64,000 bases of DNA from Cirrosporium novae-zelandiae (GCA_026023565.1 JAPETS010000021.1:186001-250000); one strand, 5' to 3'. Numbered from the stretch's first letter, positions 27,586-40,690 are shown. Numbers and translations are program-made. The notes: a model not told the origin generated them from the sequence alone.

Positions 27586-29077
27586 TCGGTCCATCACAAT
27601 TATGTCTGTCACTACTAGGCTAGATAAACGAATGTCAACGCCTCCTAAACTCGGTTCTAAGCCCATCAATTGGTATTGGCATACTGGGGAGACCTTGTGT
27701 CAAAGCGGGGCTTGACATACGATACAGATTTCACAGATTCCACTATCTTAGTTATCCCAGTCTTCAGTTAAGCTTGGACCTTTGCATTTAGGATATGGAG
27801 GAGGCGTTTATTCGGAATTGATTTAACAAGCGGTCTTATATTGTCGTCTCTACTATTTGAGTTGTTCATGAAACAAGGGAGATTTTAGAATACAGATATA
27901 AGAGAAGTTTCAGTACTTCTATGGCGTTTACAGTACATGGCATCTCGGGTGTGGGTGTATGGAGGCACATACGTAGTGCTGGGGAAGGATTTAGACAGGC
28001 CGAATATTTATCGCGACCGTTTGGGTATAAACTCAAAAGTAGAATTTCTCTCCATGGCTTAACTAGTAAAGATGCAAGAATGGTTAGGTTGTACCAAAGT
28101 ACAAAATAGTCAAGCGGAGGTGACCGCATTAATTAAAGGTAACTAGAGTATCGTACAGTAGCTAATAATTACGAACTTACGAGGGGTACAAAACTGTCAA
28201 GAGTTAAGACCATCAAAAGACCCTAATCAGCAAAATTTTCCGTCCGTCATCTTCCGTTTGGAGCCTTTTGCTCATCCAAGGCCAAGGAGGACACGAGGAG
28301 GTCGAGAACAATCGGATGACAGGATAACAATCCTTTTGATAATAATTATCAACTTGCGCATTTGTTGCACTGGTTTGTTTTTGTTTTTTTATTTTTGTTT
28401 ATATTTACCTAGGTGGTAGGTATTTAACTATCATAATAAAGAATAAATGGATTACTGCATGAAATATCTGTGCATATGTACGTCTGTGCATAATGGGGTA
28501 GAGTGAGTACTTAGTTCCTGTGGGGTTGCCTTAGTTACCTTGTCAATCCTTTTCTGGCACATCACATCTAGGAAGAGCTAATATCAAATACCCCCCATCT
28601 ACTTCGTACTTAAATCAAATAAAGGCGGCAAGGCTATCCCGACCAAAGCTGAGAGCTCGAAAAATCATCGGGTTAACAACCTGGTAATTCGTCGCCGCTC
28701 TCCGGTCCACCAAATGCCTCTTGGAAAATTGTTAGGAATAACATGTTACTTCTCCTCGTCTTATCAGAATCATGAAAACAATCCTCTCCCCACCTCCTTC
28801 GCCTGTCTTACTCCCATTGCGGCCAAAAGTCATCAACCTCCCCGCACTTCCCCCATTTCTTTCCAAATCCATTAACCTCCACTCCACTCAACCTTTTTTT
28901 CGCTTCTCATATTGACCATGTACTGTACCACATATACATGGAATCTTGTTAATGTATAATTCAACTCTTTGTTCAGCCCCTATCGAGTGTGCAGCTTGAA
29001 CTGCCAAACTTGAGGGAGATGAACAGCCTCCTTTCGAGCCTGGAACTACACAGTAACAACTGAACATTTGATTGAAC

Positions 29078-32000
29078 ATGCCTTATAAAGCCATGGCTCC
29101 GCATCATAAGGCTTTAAGTTTCCTTTTCCTTGCCGCAGGTACATACGCAGCTCCAACTGGTGGCAATCCAAATACCGAAGCCATTGATACCTATAATTCT
29201 TGGACTGCCTTACTCACCCATATTGCGCCGATTCTCATCTTACTAGGCGAGAAACATGTCAAATCCTACTTTAGATCTATGTCATCGACTTCACACCATG
29301 TTCTATATGCAGTATCGCCAATCGGACTTACTACTGCGCTAGTATCGTTAATCCGTCTACAAGGAGCACCTTTTATGCGCCGACTAATCGGGAGGGAGTA
29401 TGAGGATCGCCAGCAGGTATTGGGGGATATCAGCTCTATTAGCCAGGGAAGTGTTTGGTGGGATTTCAAAGGGGATAAAGAAATGACACAACAAGACGTT
29501 TCGCCGAGGATTCACGACCGAGCTCGTTTCCAGCTAATCTTTGGCAATTGCGGCGGTTTAACAGATGCTCTGCAGTTTGCCCAGAAGATCGAAGAATACT
29601 TAGCCAAGGGTAGAAGATACCCACAAATGACAGATGTATCAGGCTCGGTATTCAGCACTATTACAGCCTCAGGTCCTACGGCGCGAGATGATGCGAGAAC
29701 CTCTGCATCCGTTTTGCTGCAAAATAACCATGGAGGTTTGGATAGTGCAGACCGGAATCCTGCCAGTTGCCTCGTACAATCGGTTGCTTACATCAGTAAC
29801 GCAGGCGTCTCGCCCGTCCTCTCCATGGCTGCAAATGCATCAAACCATTTCTTTGCGGCCGCCCGACTTACTGGTGCGGTGCTTTGTTTAGCCCTTGAAG
29901 CTGTTATCATATATGTGGACTGGAGATCTCAACATAGTATCCCTACCACGGCTCTTTTGAGTGGCGGTCTCATTGGTCTTATATTATCATGTTGGATAAT
30001 TACCTTTGTTGTGGACCGGAGTACGGAGGAACAAACGATATCGTGGGAAGATCTCAACCCAGCATTGAGATTTGCCGGATTCAGTTCAGACAATCTTCCG
30101 GGACGATATTGGACCAAAGTCAACCTTGACAAGGTTGTTATATCAAGGGAGCGGCCGCTGATCTTCGAGAAGGCTTATAGCAAACTTCCCTGGAGCTCAA
30201 AGTTATCAGTTTGGTCCAATTTCTGTCTCATTTTTGCCAGTACTCTTGTGCCGTGTGTCACAGTTCTATCCATCTTGGCCTATATCGCTTTATATTTGGG
30301 CTTTCTCTCTGCTAGGTGGTGGACTTCTCTTTCGATGCTAGGGGTGTTTGGAATTGCTGCTTTAATGCGAAGTGCAACAAGCGTTTGTGTAAATCTGCAA
30401 GGACCCTCGAACTCCTCTACGGACCCTTTTCAGTCTCATGGCGACAACCATTGGCTTTGGACATTGATGGATGATCTTGCCAAAGAATATTCTTTGTGGA
30501 AATCTGGGCATGAGGAGTCCACTTTGGCGTTTCCTGCTATGGTTTTTGACCGTACATCCGAGAACTCAGTACTAAAAACTTCTCACTCAGATGATCTAGA
30601 GTATCAGCGCCTTGGGTCCAGGGGGCGATTGCAGAAGTCCCGTCATGGAAGTAATTCTTCTCGCTTATCTCAATATTCACAAAGCTCGGGTTGGAGTGAG
30701 AAGAGTGATTGCAGAAGGCGTAATCTCAATACCCATCCCTGGAAAGTAGTGGCAATTGAGCGACATACTGCATTGGATACTCCTTTGAACAGTAAAAGCC
30801 TCCTGCATGGTACCGACTGCCGTGAACCCGTTTTTGAAGCCCACTCAGTCGCAATTCTTCAAGGGGCCTTCGCTATTGCCGCCGAGATGCGAAGACAGTC
30901 TTTAAGTCTCCATGAATTAGCTGATGTCAACTACAAAAAACCAAGGACACAAAAATATAGTAAAGAGTGTGTTTTTATTCGTTCTGAATTCATTGGTGGT
31001 GATTCGGTTTGGCAACAAAGTTTAGATATTGCGGTTTCAGGTTCTTGGCTCTCCGACGATTCCATCCTATCTCTCTTGAAAGCATGGGCTAGTCAGGCAT
31101 TATGTGATCGAATTGAATTATGCAAAGAGTGCTTCCCTGATGCTGATGATCACTTTAAAACTCAGCAAATCACACGCCTCCTCCTTCCTTCTACAGTTAA
31201 CATTTGGAAGCGAAAGACGTCTCTATATGACTTCCTGCAAACTCAGAATGTCGATAAACAGCATATGGATACATTTCCAACCCCTCAACTTTACCCTACA
31301 AGTGAAACGAATCAATTCCCTACGTTCTCGAGCGTTCAATTGTCCCAGAGATCTCTCTGGTGCACCTGTTACGCCCTCTGGATGGCTGTAAAAATTATTT
31401 CTGTTACACGATACGCAGACAGTGAAGACCAGTTGGCTGAACGCGCTAACTTTTATAGAGACCAGCTAGTTTCAAATAGTCATTTCGATCCAGTTTCGTT
31501 GGAAGAGACACACCTATATATCCACCACATGTTATCCTTAAAACTGATCACTCGCCTCCCAACTAAGGAATACTATATGGACAAATACCAAGATGGGAAA
31601 CCATTTTCCAAAACTGGGGTTTCACCCGGATCGGCAAGTATGGATTATCGTTATTCTGGGGCGACAAGAGTAGAAGCTGGAACGCCGAAAGGTTCGAAGC
31701 CATTTCCCATATCAGGCGACCAGCCGACCTTTCCTTCTCCGTCAAATACTGGTTTTAATGATATAAGCAATACCGGCAAAGCCGAAACTGAGGACTGTCA
31801 TATAAAAGTCCATAAGGAGATGCTGAGGGATAGTAACGAATTTGCTACCAATAACCAAAACCCCCAGTCAAACATGTCTCTTGCTAAATCAAGGGGGGGA
31901 CTAGTAGAAGGCTACAGGCCAAGTTCACCGCGGGAATTTCCCCTTGTTCGACCTCCTCTTGTCAGACCTCCACCCATCCATACCGCAGTATCCCCCGATA

Positions 32001-32740
32001 CAAAAACGGGCTCTAGAACTTCTTTAACAGAGGCCAAAATGTCCGATCAGAACACAGATCTCGACAAATCTAGACCTGCTGCATCAAGCACCAGTTCAAC
32101 TTTTGTTAGCCCAGATTTTTCCAAGAACGGTGAAATCGCAGAATTGGCTCAACTCGATGCTTTAGAAATAGGCCAAAATAACTGTGAAATTCCCGGGGAT
32201 ACTAAAGCCATTGATAGACAGTCCGGTGTTGAGGCCTCAGGGCGGACCTCCCCAATCATCGAAATGCAGCCTATAGTATCTGAGTATTCTTACGAGACCC
32301 CCACCCGTTCACACACGCCCGTGACCAATTCCGATGATGAGAAGACCCCTACCGCAACTAGAACTGGGCCTCTTCGCGTGAGTAACACTACGGAGCAAAA
32401 TTTCCCGCCTCCATTACCTTTTTCTCCCCCTGAAGTTGATCCGGTACACATACCACTACCCAACAGTAAACAGCAATCCCGGGAAGCAAGCCTCCGTGCA
32501 CCAACCACCTCATCAGCCCGTACGAGTAATTACTCCCTGATCGAGCCGCCTGTAGAATACTCTCCAAATGGAAACACCTATTTCCACGCTAGCGCGATAC
32601 CAGGCCGTCCAGTAAGTCCAGGCTTGAATCTTGCAGAATCCATGTTCGGAAATTTGAGTGCAGACCCTTACTTTGGGTGGCATCCAAAAGATGAAGGGGA
32701 TGAAGGAAGTACTAAAAGCAGTGGAGCAAGCGTACAATGA
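29078..32740 (+). CDS. Large intronless hypothetical multi-pass membrane protein (about 1220 aa) with disordered Ser/Pro/Thr-rich tail
   Basis: Uninterrupted ORF; signal-like N-terminus, several hydrophobic helices in the first ~435 aa, low-complexity last ~380 aa. Confidence 0.8.
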   Translation: MPYKAMAPHHKALSFLFLAAGTYAAPTGGNPNTEAIDTYNSWTALLTHIAPILILLGEKHVKSYFRSMSSTSHHVLYAVSPIGLTTALVSLIRLQGAPFMRRLIGREYEDRQQVLGDISSISQGSVWWDFKGDKEMTQQDVSPRIHDRARFQLIFGNCGGLTDALQFAQKIEEYLAKGRRYPQMTDVSGSVFSTITASGPTARDDARTSASVLLQNNHGGLDSADRNPASCLVQSVAYISNAGVSPVLSMAANASNHFFAAARLTGAVLCLALEAVIIYVDWRSQHSIPTTALLSGGLIGLILSCWIITFVVDRSTEEQTISWEDLNPALRFAGFSSDNLPGRYWTKVNLDKVVISRERPLIFEKAYSKLPWSSKLSVWSNFCLIFASTLVPCVTVLSILAYIALYLGFLSARWWTSLSMLGVFGIAALMRSATSVCVNLQGPSNSSTDPFQSHGDNHWLWTLMDDLAKEYSLWKSGHEESTLAFPAMVFDRTSENSVLKTSHSDDLEYQRLGSRGRLQKSRHGSNSSRLSQYSQSSGWSEKSDCRRRNLNTHPWKVVAIERHTALDTPLNSKSLLHGTDCREPVFEAHSVAILQGAFAIAAEMRRQSLSLHELADVNYKKPRTQKYSKECVFIRSEFIGGDSVWQQSLDIAVSGSWLSDDSILSLLKAWASQALCDRIELCKECFPDADDHFKTQQITRLLLPSTVNIWKRKTSLYDFLQTQNVDKQHMDTFPTPQLYPTSETNQFPTFSSVQLSQRSLWCTCYALWMAVKIISVTRYADSEDQLAERANFYRDQLVSNSHFDPVSLEETHLYIHHMLSLKLITRLPTKEYYMDKYQDGKPFSKTGVSPGSASMDYRYSGATRVEAGTPKGSKPFPISGDQPTFPSPSNTGFNDISNTGKAETEDCHIKVHKEMLRDSNEFATNNQNPQSNMSLAKSRGGLVEGYRPSSPREFPLVRPPLVRPPPIHTAVSPDTKTGSRTSLTEAKMSDQNTDLDKSRPAASSTSSTFVSPDFSKNGEIAELAQLDALEIGQNNCEIPGDTKAIDRQSGVEASGRTSPIIEMQPIVSEYSYETPTRSHTPVTNSDDEKTPTATRTGPLRVSNTTEQNFPPPLPFSPPEVDPVHIPLPNSKQQSREASLRAPTTSSARTSNYSLIEPPVEYSPNGNTYFHASAIPGRPVSPGLNLAESMFGNLSADPYFGWHPKDEGDEGSTKSSGASVQ

Positions 32741-33132
32741 CGGACAAGTGGGAAATGTTTATATTCTCTCGGGCTAGGATGAGAGAATATATGAAAGTCA
32801 CATTGATAAGAAGTTATGGCAGGCAAAGGAAAAGTATTGGAATTGTTAAGTTCATTCTGGTCATTGATGGTCAACAAGCAGGAAATATGAATTGTTGTCA
32901 AATACCCATACATGTTAATATTTTGTAAGAGTGGATAGTTGATGAAGTTATCCACTGGATCACAGCTTGTACTGTACTGTACGTTAGTCTAGTTTAATTA
33001 CTTGTATTTTCTAAACAGTACGAAAGTAAAGTACATGTACTGTATGTACGGTAGGAAATTAAGATCTCCGCGCTAAAGGTCTCCGCGGTTCGGGTCTCCG
33101 TAGCGTCATTACGCGCACTGACCATATAGTCT

Positions 33133-33142
33133 ATGGCATCAT
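33133..33142. promoter_or_regulatory. ATGGCATCAT, CYS-3/MetR consensus (ATGRYRYCAT) about 220 bp upstream of siroheme synthase
   Basis: Exact consensus match with near-matches at about 33100-33109 and 33164-33173. Confidence 0.5.
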
Positions 33143-33360
33143 TACATGCGATAAGCTAATCCGATGGCACTATTGAAAAAAAAATCACCCTGTCAAAATT
33201 TGATTAGTCTGTGAACTGGTTCTGAGTAATGAAAATCCATGTATTAGTACCAACGAATCATCTAGGGAAACGAGACTGAAATTTTAATTTTCTCTAACAT
33301 TGCTAACAATTTTATTCTGTCCTGGGTCTTACAATACAGACTTTTATAACGTTATACGCG

Positions 33361-35069
33361 ATGCTTATGCTCACTGCACTGGATGCGACATCCCATGTTC
33401 ATTTGATTGTCGGATCAAATGCTCTCGCGGCTTCAAGATGTGTTAAAAGTATTGGATTCGGAGCGATACCTATTGTCATCACGGGAGAATATCTACAGCT
33501 ACATCATACATTGACTGAAAAAGCTGAGGACGGGAAGATATTGCTAGTAAAGCGAGATTTCCACGATAGCGACCTGAGTAAACTGGGGCGAAAAGAAACT
33601 GATCATGTGGTGGATGCTGTATTTCTGACAATAGAAAGGAGCGACCCATTGAGTATATTTTCAATTTATCAGCGGCTTGACCGGCAACTAATCGTCGTTC
33701 AGGTGCTCATATCTCCAAGTTGTGTCGCCGATTACGAATACCTATTAATGTTGTGGATGCGCCCGACCTTTGCACATTTACTCTACTTTGTACTCACTCT
33801 GACGGCCCCTTACAAATTGGCATCACAACATCAGGCAATGGATGCAAGCTCGCCTCTCGAATAAGACGAGAAATAGCAGCATCGTTACCACAAAATCTAG
33901 GAAGCGCAATAGATAGACTAGGAAGAATTCGCCGACGCATATGGGAAGAAGATCAGGCACCCGAAGTTTCTTGTGATACGGCACCAGAAGTCGAGGATGA
34001 CGACGCGACAGCTCAGAAATCAAATTTCAATGCACTTGTCTTGTCAGAAGACCAGAACAACATGAAAAACCGAAGAATGCGATGGCTTAAACAAATATGC
34101 GAATATCGGCCACTAACAGAGCTAGTTCGCATCACCGATGAAGGCGTGGATTCTGTATTGGCTGCTTATAAGTCAAACTCAGAAATTTCATCTCTAAATG
34201 AAAAGATCGTTAGTCATACAAAGAAAGGGAAAATAATACTGGCTGGATGCGGACCCGGCAATCCAGATTTATTAACCCGTGCCACATACAAAGCTATCAA
34301 AGCTGCCGATATTATTTTAGCAGATAAGCTTGTACCTGGTCCAGTTCTGGACCTTATACCTCGTCGTACTAAATGTGAGATTGCACGAAAGTTCCCAGGA
34401 AATGCAGACAAAGCTCAAGAGGAATTTTTATCTTTAGCCCTGGAAAACCTAAAGGCCGGCAGATACGTTCTACGGCTGAAACAAGGAGATCCTTATTTGT
34501 ATGGCCGAGGTGCAGAAGAATTTGATTTTTTCAGAAATGAAGGATACCTTCCAACCGTGCTACCTGGAATTACTAGCGCATTCAGTGCTCCACTGTTTGC
34601 TGGAATTCCATCTACTCACAGAGGGGCCGCAGACCGAGTTCTGGTTTGTACCGGTACTGGAAGAAAAGGTGTAGCACCGGACCTACCTTCATATAACTCA
34701 AATCAGACAGTCGTTTTTCTCATGGCTCTTCATCGTCTGGACTCACTTGTAGAATCTCTTACGAAAGAATCAAAGGGCGATGAAGCAATAAAAGCGGCAT
34801 GGCCTCTAGCTACACCATGTGCTGTCATTGAACGCGCATCCTGCCCCGATCAAAGAATTATACGATCAACCCTTGAACATGTATGTGCTGCCGTGGAACA
34901 AGAGGGGTCTCGGCCCCCCGGACTTCTGGTAGTGGGATGGAACTGTGGGGTTTTACACAAAATAACCGGACAGAATTGGGTTACAGAAGAGGGATTTGGA
35001 GGCTTCGATGATCTAGAGATGGAACCAGACGAACTCAAAAGGCTAAAAGAGGTGGAGGCTTGGAAGTAA
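33361..35069 (+). CDS. MET1: Siroheme synthase / uroporphyrinogen-III C-methyltransferase; intron about 33653-33702
   Basis: HLIVGSNALAASR, IPINVVDAPDLCTF, GCKLASRIRRE, AGCGPGNPDLLT, RLKQGDPYLYGRG, VLPGITSA. Confidence 0.93.
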
Positions 35070-35432
35070 TTATTATACCCATTTATATAAAGAAAGGTTA
35101 GTCGATAATCATATCATTGAATAAAATAAATATCTTTGCCACAATTCGAAGAATAATGTACAAAAGCAAAGTATTTAGTGAGCTTGGAACGCTAATGTAT
35201 GAAACTGAAGACATCTGAGATGGACATATAGATATGCTGTTTGTGCTGGTAGCTGCTAGCTGCGGCTACTAACGTAAGCGGAGCGGCTAATTAGCGACTC
35301 ATCTCAAGCTACTTCACACCTACCTCAGTCCTCTCTATCATCCCAATCTGCAAGCTCTTTACTTTCTCTTAACCTAAATTTCCCCAGTCATAAATTGTCT
35401 CTTCCGTTTTACCACCAGTCTCTATTTTCAAT

Positions 35433-37109
35433 ATGGCTGACGGCAGAATTCTCCATCCTGACAAGGACTTCTCGAAGGAGACGGACAAGCAAATCGGAGA
35501 AGCCCAAGAACTTGCAAAAGTACCGACTCGTAACACTCTTTACTTATCAAGCTGACCGGATTGCTAGCATGGAAATCTACAAGAGGGTATAGAGAAGCTT
35601 ACAGCTCTCGAGAAGCAAACTAGACAGGTAGGCATTCATCCCAACCCTTAGGTTCGTAACTATCACTCATTCTCGTCTATATCTTAGGCATCCGATCTTG
35701 CTTCGACATCCAGATTACTAGTTGCCGTTGTTACCTTATGCAAAGAAGGGGGAGATTGGAATTTACTTGATGAACAAATACTTCTCTTATCTAAAAAGCA
35801 TGGGCAGCTAAAGCAGGCTATCACCAAAATGGTCCAAGTCGTGATGGAATTTTTGGACGATTCTCCAAGCATGGATGCCAAATTGGCTACCATCGAGACT
35901 CTTCGAACTGTGACTGAAGGCAAGGTTAGGCTTAAATATCCCAGTTAAGACAAAAGTTCTTAAAACTAATTTTATATAATAGATCTTCGTTGAAGTCGAA
36001 AGAGCACGGGTCACTCGAATACTATCTCATATAAAGAAAGAACAAGGGGATAAGAAGGCTGCAGCCGATATCCTTTGTGAACTTCAAGTAGAAACCTTCG
36101 GATCTATGGAGAGGAGGGAAAAAACCGAGTTTATTCTCGAACAAGTTTCCCTTTGCATCGAAAATGGTGATTGGATGCAAGCAGGTATCTTAAGTCGCAA
36201 AATTAGCACAAAATATTTCAACAGGAAGCCAAAGAAGCCCGTTGAACAATTGGGAAAGGAGAAAAAGAAACCCGACGAGGAGAAGGCTCCCGAGAAGGAA
36301 GACGATGTCACCGATTTGAAACTTCGGTATTACGAACAACAAATTACCTTAGCCAAGCACGATGATAAATATCTAGAAGTTTGCAAGCATTATCGGCAAG
36401 TTTTGGATACAAAATCCGTTGAAGAGAGCTCAGAGCAACTGCGGGCTGTGAGTAGGGCCAGTTAATATTTGTGGTATTTTTCTAATTTCTCCAGGTACTT
36501 CAACGAGTAATCTACTTCATCATCCTGGCTCCATACGATAACGAACAGAATGATCTACTTCATCGCATTCAGAAGGATTCAAGGAATTCTATGATTCCTC
36601 CTGAGGCTCAGCTGCTCAAACTCTTCACCGTCCCTGAATTGATGAGGTGGCCCATGGTCGCAAAAACATTTGGCCCGCATCTCTGCAGCACAGATGTCTT
36701 TAGCCCCACGCAAAATAATTCTGCAGATGAAAAGGCCTTTCAACGATGGCAAGATCTCCGAAAGCGGGTCATCGAACATAACGTTCGAGTGATTGCCAAA
36801 TACTATACCAGGATAAGGATGGACAGATTAACACAACTTCTTGACCTGAATGAAGAGGAAACAGAAAAATATATCAGCGAGTTGGTCACAGCGAAGACCA
36901 TTTACGCTAAGATCGATAGACCTGCACGGGTTGTTAGCTTTGCTAAGCCTAGAGATGCAGACGATGTGCTTAATGAATGGAGTGGAAACATGAAGAGTCT
37001 ACTAGGTTTACTAGAGCGCATAGACCATCTAATCACTAAAGAGGAAATGATGGCGAGAATTCAGCCTTCTAACCTAGAGAAGGGTGGCAAAGCCGGAAAA
37101 GTTCATTGA
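35433..37109 (+). CDS. RPN5: 26S proteasome lid subunit Rpn5 (PSMD12), 5 exons
   Basis: LEKQTRQASD, SKKHGQLKQAI, TVTEGKIFVEVERAR, LQVETFGSM, PCI domain VIEHNVRVIAKYYTRI. Confidence 0.95.
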
Positions 37110-37325
37110 GGGAATACACAGGAAAATAGGAACGGATAGACCTGTATGTATATCAAATAACTTTATTAATGTGACGCCATCACAAATATCTCTCAAGATC
37201 TATTCTATATCATGTCGGTTCTATTGAAGAAATGTAACAACGCCCAACCAATTTCTAGTGACGATAGGTATCATGTAGCATTAGTAGTAAGAAGATTGGT
37301 GAAGTCACCTGTTAATTTGGGCCCT

Positions 37326-38256
37326 TTAGAATGGCACGTTCATGTCCCCCACATCATCTTCCCAGTCACTCTCGTTCGTTTTCTTGCCATTCCCGTTCAA
37401 ACAATCTTGAATAAAAGTGCCTACACCATCCAGATATGTTCGTTGGCTAGGCACAAAGTGGCCTCCAGGATGAATCAACGATCTTGCATGGTCACACCGT
37501 TCCATCAAGGTCCTACTGCGCTCTTCTCCCACCAATGTATCCAAACTACCTAGCACGTGTAGTGTTGGCGTGCTGATTCGGGGATTATAAAAACCCTCAT
37601 ACATCGATTGAGGGGCAGCAAATCCAGAATAAGCGACACAGAACTGGAGCTCAGGGTGTTCAAGCGCATCAAAAGAGGCAGGATATGGAATGCCACCCTG
37701 CTCTTTTTCTTTCTTTTTGAACGCTTCCTTCCGTTTCGGCTCCAATAACGACGCCACCATGGTCGCGGCGGCGGCTCCCTGACTAAACCCAATAACACCC
37801 GCGAACGGCCCTTCGGTCCTCAACGTCTCGGCAATCCGAGCAAACCCGCCATCAAGACCCCGATATTCCTGCGTATCATCATCCTTGCGCCACCACGCCC
37901 AGGTATCAGCCTCCTCCGGACGCGGTGGGAGATTTGCCTTGTCGACATAAGGCATCTCGGCCAGGTTGAGGTGATGTGGACCGGAAGGGTAGGAAAAGTG
38001 AAGGGTATAGGTCGGAAGCAGCTTGCGGATATATTTCTCGAGGGCTCGGGTCTTGGCATGGAAGGTGTCGCCAGATTGGGTGAACCCTTTTTTTTTTTTT
38101 GCGTCAAAACTTGTTTAATAAAGAAATCGAGAAAGCAATGAAAAACGACTAAAATGGAGGGATGTTTAAAATAACAATATAGATAGATAGATTACCATGG
38201 AGCATGAGGATCTTGAGATCGGGTTTTTTCGAGTCTGGAGAGGTGGTGGTGGCCAT
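37326..38256 (-). CDS. FSH1/OVCA2-family serine hydrolase; intron 38087-38195
   Basis: KILMLHG|FTQSG, GVIGFSQGA nucleophile elbow, LHVLGSLD, HPGGHFVP. Confidence 0.92.
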
Positions 38257-39371
38257 TGTTGTTGTAAAGCTTAGATGTTGTTGTTGTCGTCGTTGTGTAT
38301 GTTTAAACAATGATGTTTGTTTTGGTGGAAGCTGAGGGGGGCCAAAGCAAAAGAAAGTAGTAGTAGTAGTAGAACGTATAGAAAATTTCAAGCTGAGATA
38401 ATCCGTTATCAAATCAATCATTCCATAATAACTATGCAAGTAAGCACTATAAAACATTGTGTGCATCGAAAACAAAAACAAAAAAACTACCAGAGGTCTA
38501 ACTAAGCATCTTGGGACCTCCAGAAGTAAACATTATTAAAAAAACAGATGGTGAGGGGGGGTGGAACGGAACGCACCATACCAACTTATTAGAAATTTGT
38601 ATAGGCATGCGAAATTATTATATAGTTGGGTTGTGTAGATAAGTCTTTGATAATGTATGTAACACTTGCAGATATCTATGTTGTGTTGATAACCGTAGGT
38701 ACAGTAAGGTAAGATAAGTTACAAGTTCATTCTCTAGGAAAAATTTCGGAGGTCTAAATATCTATCTAGTAGCGAGCGCTCTCAAAAAACAATGAGACTA
38801 CAGCTAGCATTAGGGACAACCAGCAGTAGTAGCCGGTGATAGATAGGGAAATGCGGGCCTTTTTTGACTCATAGAAATAGTGGAGATGAGGATATATAGT
38901 TTGTCCTCATAATACAGTAGTTAGAATTATATCGCAGCAACAATACTGTCGATATTTAATACTGGTTATGTAGTTACATACTCGTCTTAATGATTTTTAC
39001 ATGGAAACTTTTTGGTCTTGTTTATATTTTCCAAAAGGCGGTAGAGTTCGAAGGTCACCAAACAAAATTAGGCCATTGTTCGAAATCGGTTTCTTGGTCG
39101 AAACCAAGCTTCACACTTGGTTTACTCTCTAGTAGGGATATCTTTCCAAGGAATAAAAAAATTGAGTTACAGGTATGCTGGTTTACTGCAGAACCCAATA
39201 CTCGTGGACGCGAGAATCGACTGGCGAGAAAACTTAAAGAAGATATTCAAACGCATCTGCAACTGAAACTTCATTGCTCGTAGCAACTGTAGCTATTCTG
39301 AGAATAGAAGTGTCCTTCTTGTAAGGTACATATGGACCCGGGAGAGAATGGCTCTTCCAGTAGTGCCAATA

Positions 39372-40690
39372 TTAATACTGGCATACATTTCCCTCCTTCA
39401 AACCCTTAGATAAGGATTTCTCGCATGGCTCTTGCTCTCCAGCCTGCCGTTCACATGTATTCACAGAATGTCCGACTTTCGAGCTATCAGAATGCCCGGC
39501 TGATTCCTTGAAGAATGAGAGTATAGATCTAGCAGCTTTGGGGAAAATGCATTCTAGTATGTAACCTTCCCCTGAGTAGTAGCACTTGCAACCGAATCGG
39601 GAACTCTCAGGAGCTTCCTCATCCAGGCCCCCCTCACCAGCGAAGTATGCACGGCAATGTTGAGCGAGGAAGTTTCGGAAATTTGGATCTGTAAGGTATT
39701 CGAAGTCATGGTATGGCTCGCTTAACGCTATAGCACTAGTGCAAGATCCCCATACGCTCCCTAGTAGAAGTTAGCTACCGTCCTACTTGGGATAAAGCAA
39801 CTAGCGATGTAAATCATACAGTTTCGATTTAGGAACTGAACAATGTCCATAGCACCTTCGCATACGCCGATGATGTCTAGTTTGGCATTTGGATTCACGT
39901 GGTTTTTGATGACATGATTGAAGATACTTGCAACGTGCTTTTGGCTATTTTCATTATCAGGTATGCAATTTTTAGTACTGTCCATTTGGATTGGAACTTC
40001 AACAGCAGATTTTTTGGGCAAACACTCCCAAGTGGCAAATGAAAGTGTCTGGGATTCACGACGGTGCCATACAAGTTGGCCGGGATTGGCGATAATGAAG
40101 CCCAGGGAATGTTCCTCGTTGTCAGGATTGATAGACCTAGCTAGTTTCACGATATCGATCAGGGAGCCCTTGGCAATGCCTTCGTGGCCGATTATACGGT
40201 AGGCAATTACCCCAAGCTCATTGCTTCTATCACCGATGTATACGAGCACTCTTTTCTTAGTAGAGAGGTCTTGAGAAACTAGGACTGGAACATGAGGTTC
40301 CGTTGTCGAAGCGCCAAGTGGGAGTCTTAGAATCTCTAGACCTAGATCCTGCAATCGACCTAGAATATTTTTTCGGATCCAGACTGGCAGAGTGATTTAG
40401 TTAAGCTCATAGAGAAACATAGCCTTATCCAAGACTTACTATGGATTGCCTCCTTGTGCATCTCATTGACACGATCATTCTTGCTGATGCGATATGGATA
40501 TTCCTGTTCAGGATTCTTGATCTGTCTGATCTGGTCTTTATCGTTGACGAATAGGCTAGCACATCCTTAGGTTAGGTTTTTATGAATAATAGCCATTTTG
40601 TACTAGAGAAAAGGTATCTCACCCTAGAGCCTCAAGGTTCGATGGAAATAGGGGATCTTTTGGCAAGGTATTACTTAAGCGGCGAAACAT
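39372..40690 (-). CDS. Arb2-domain protein (Argonaute-binding protein 2-like), multi-exon; 3' end uncertain
   Basis: MFRRLSNTLPKDPLFPSNLEALG|LFVNDKDQIRQI..., LRLPLGA..TEPHVPVLVS, FIIANPGQLVW. Confidence 0.78.
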
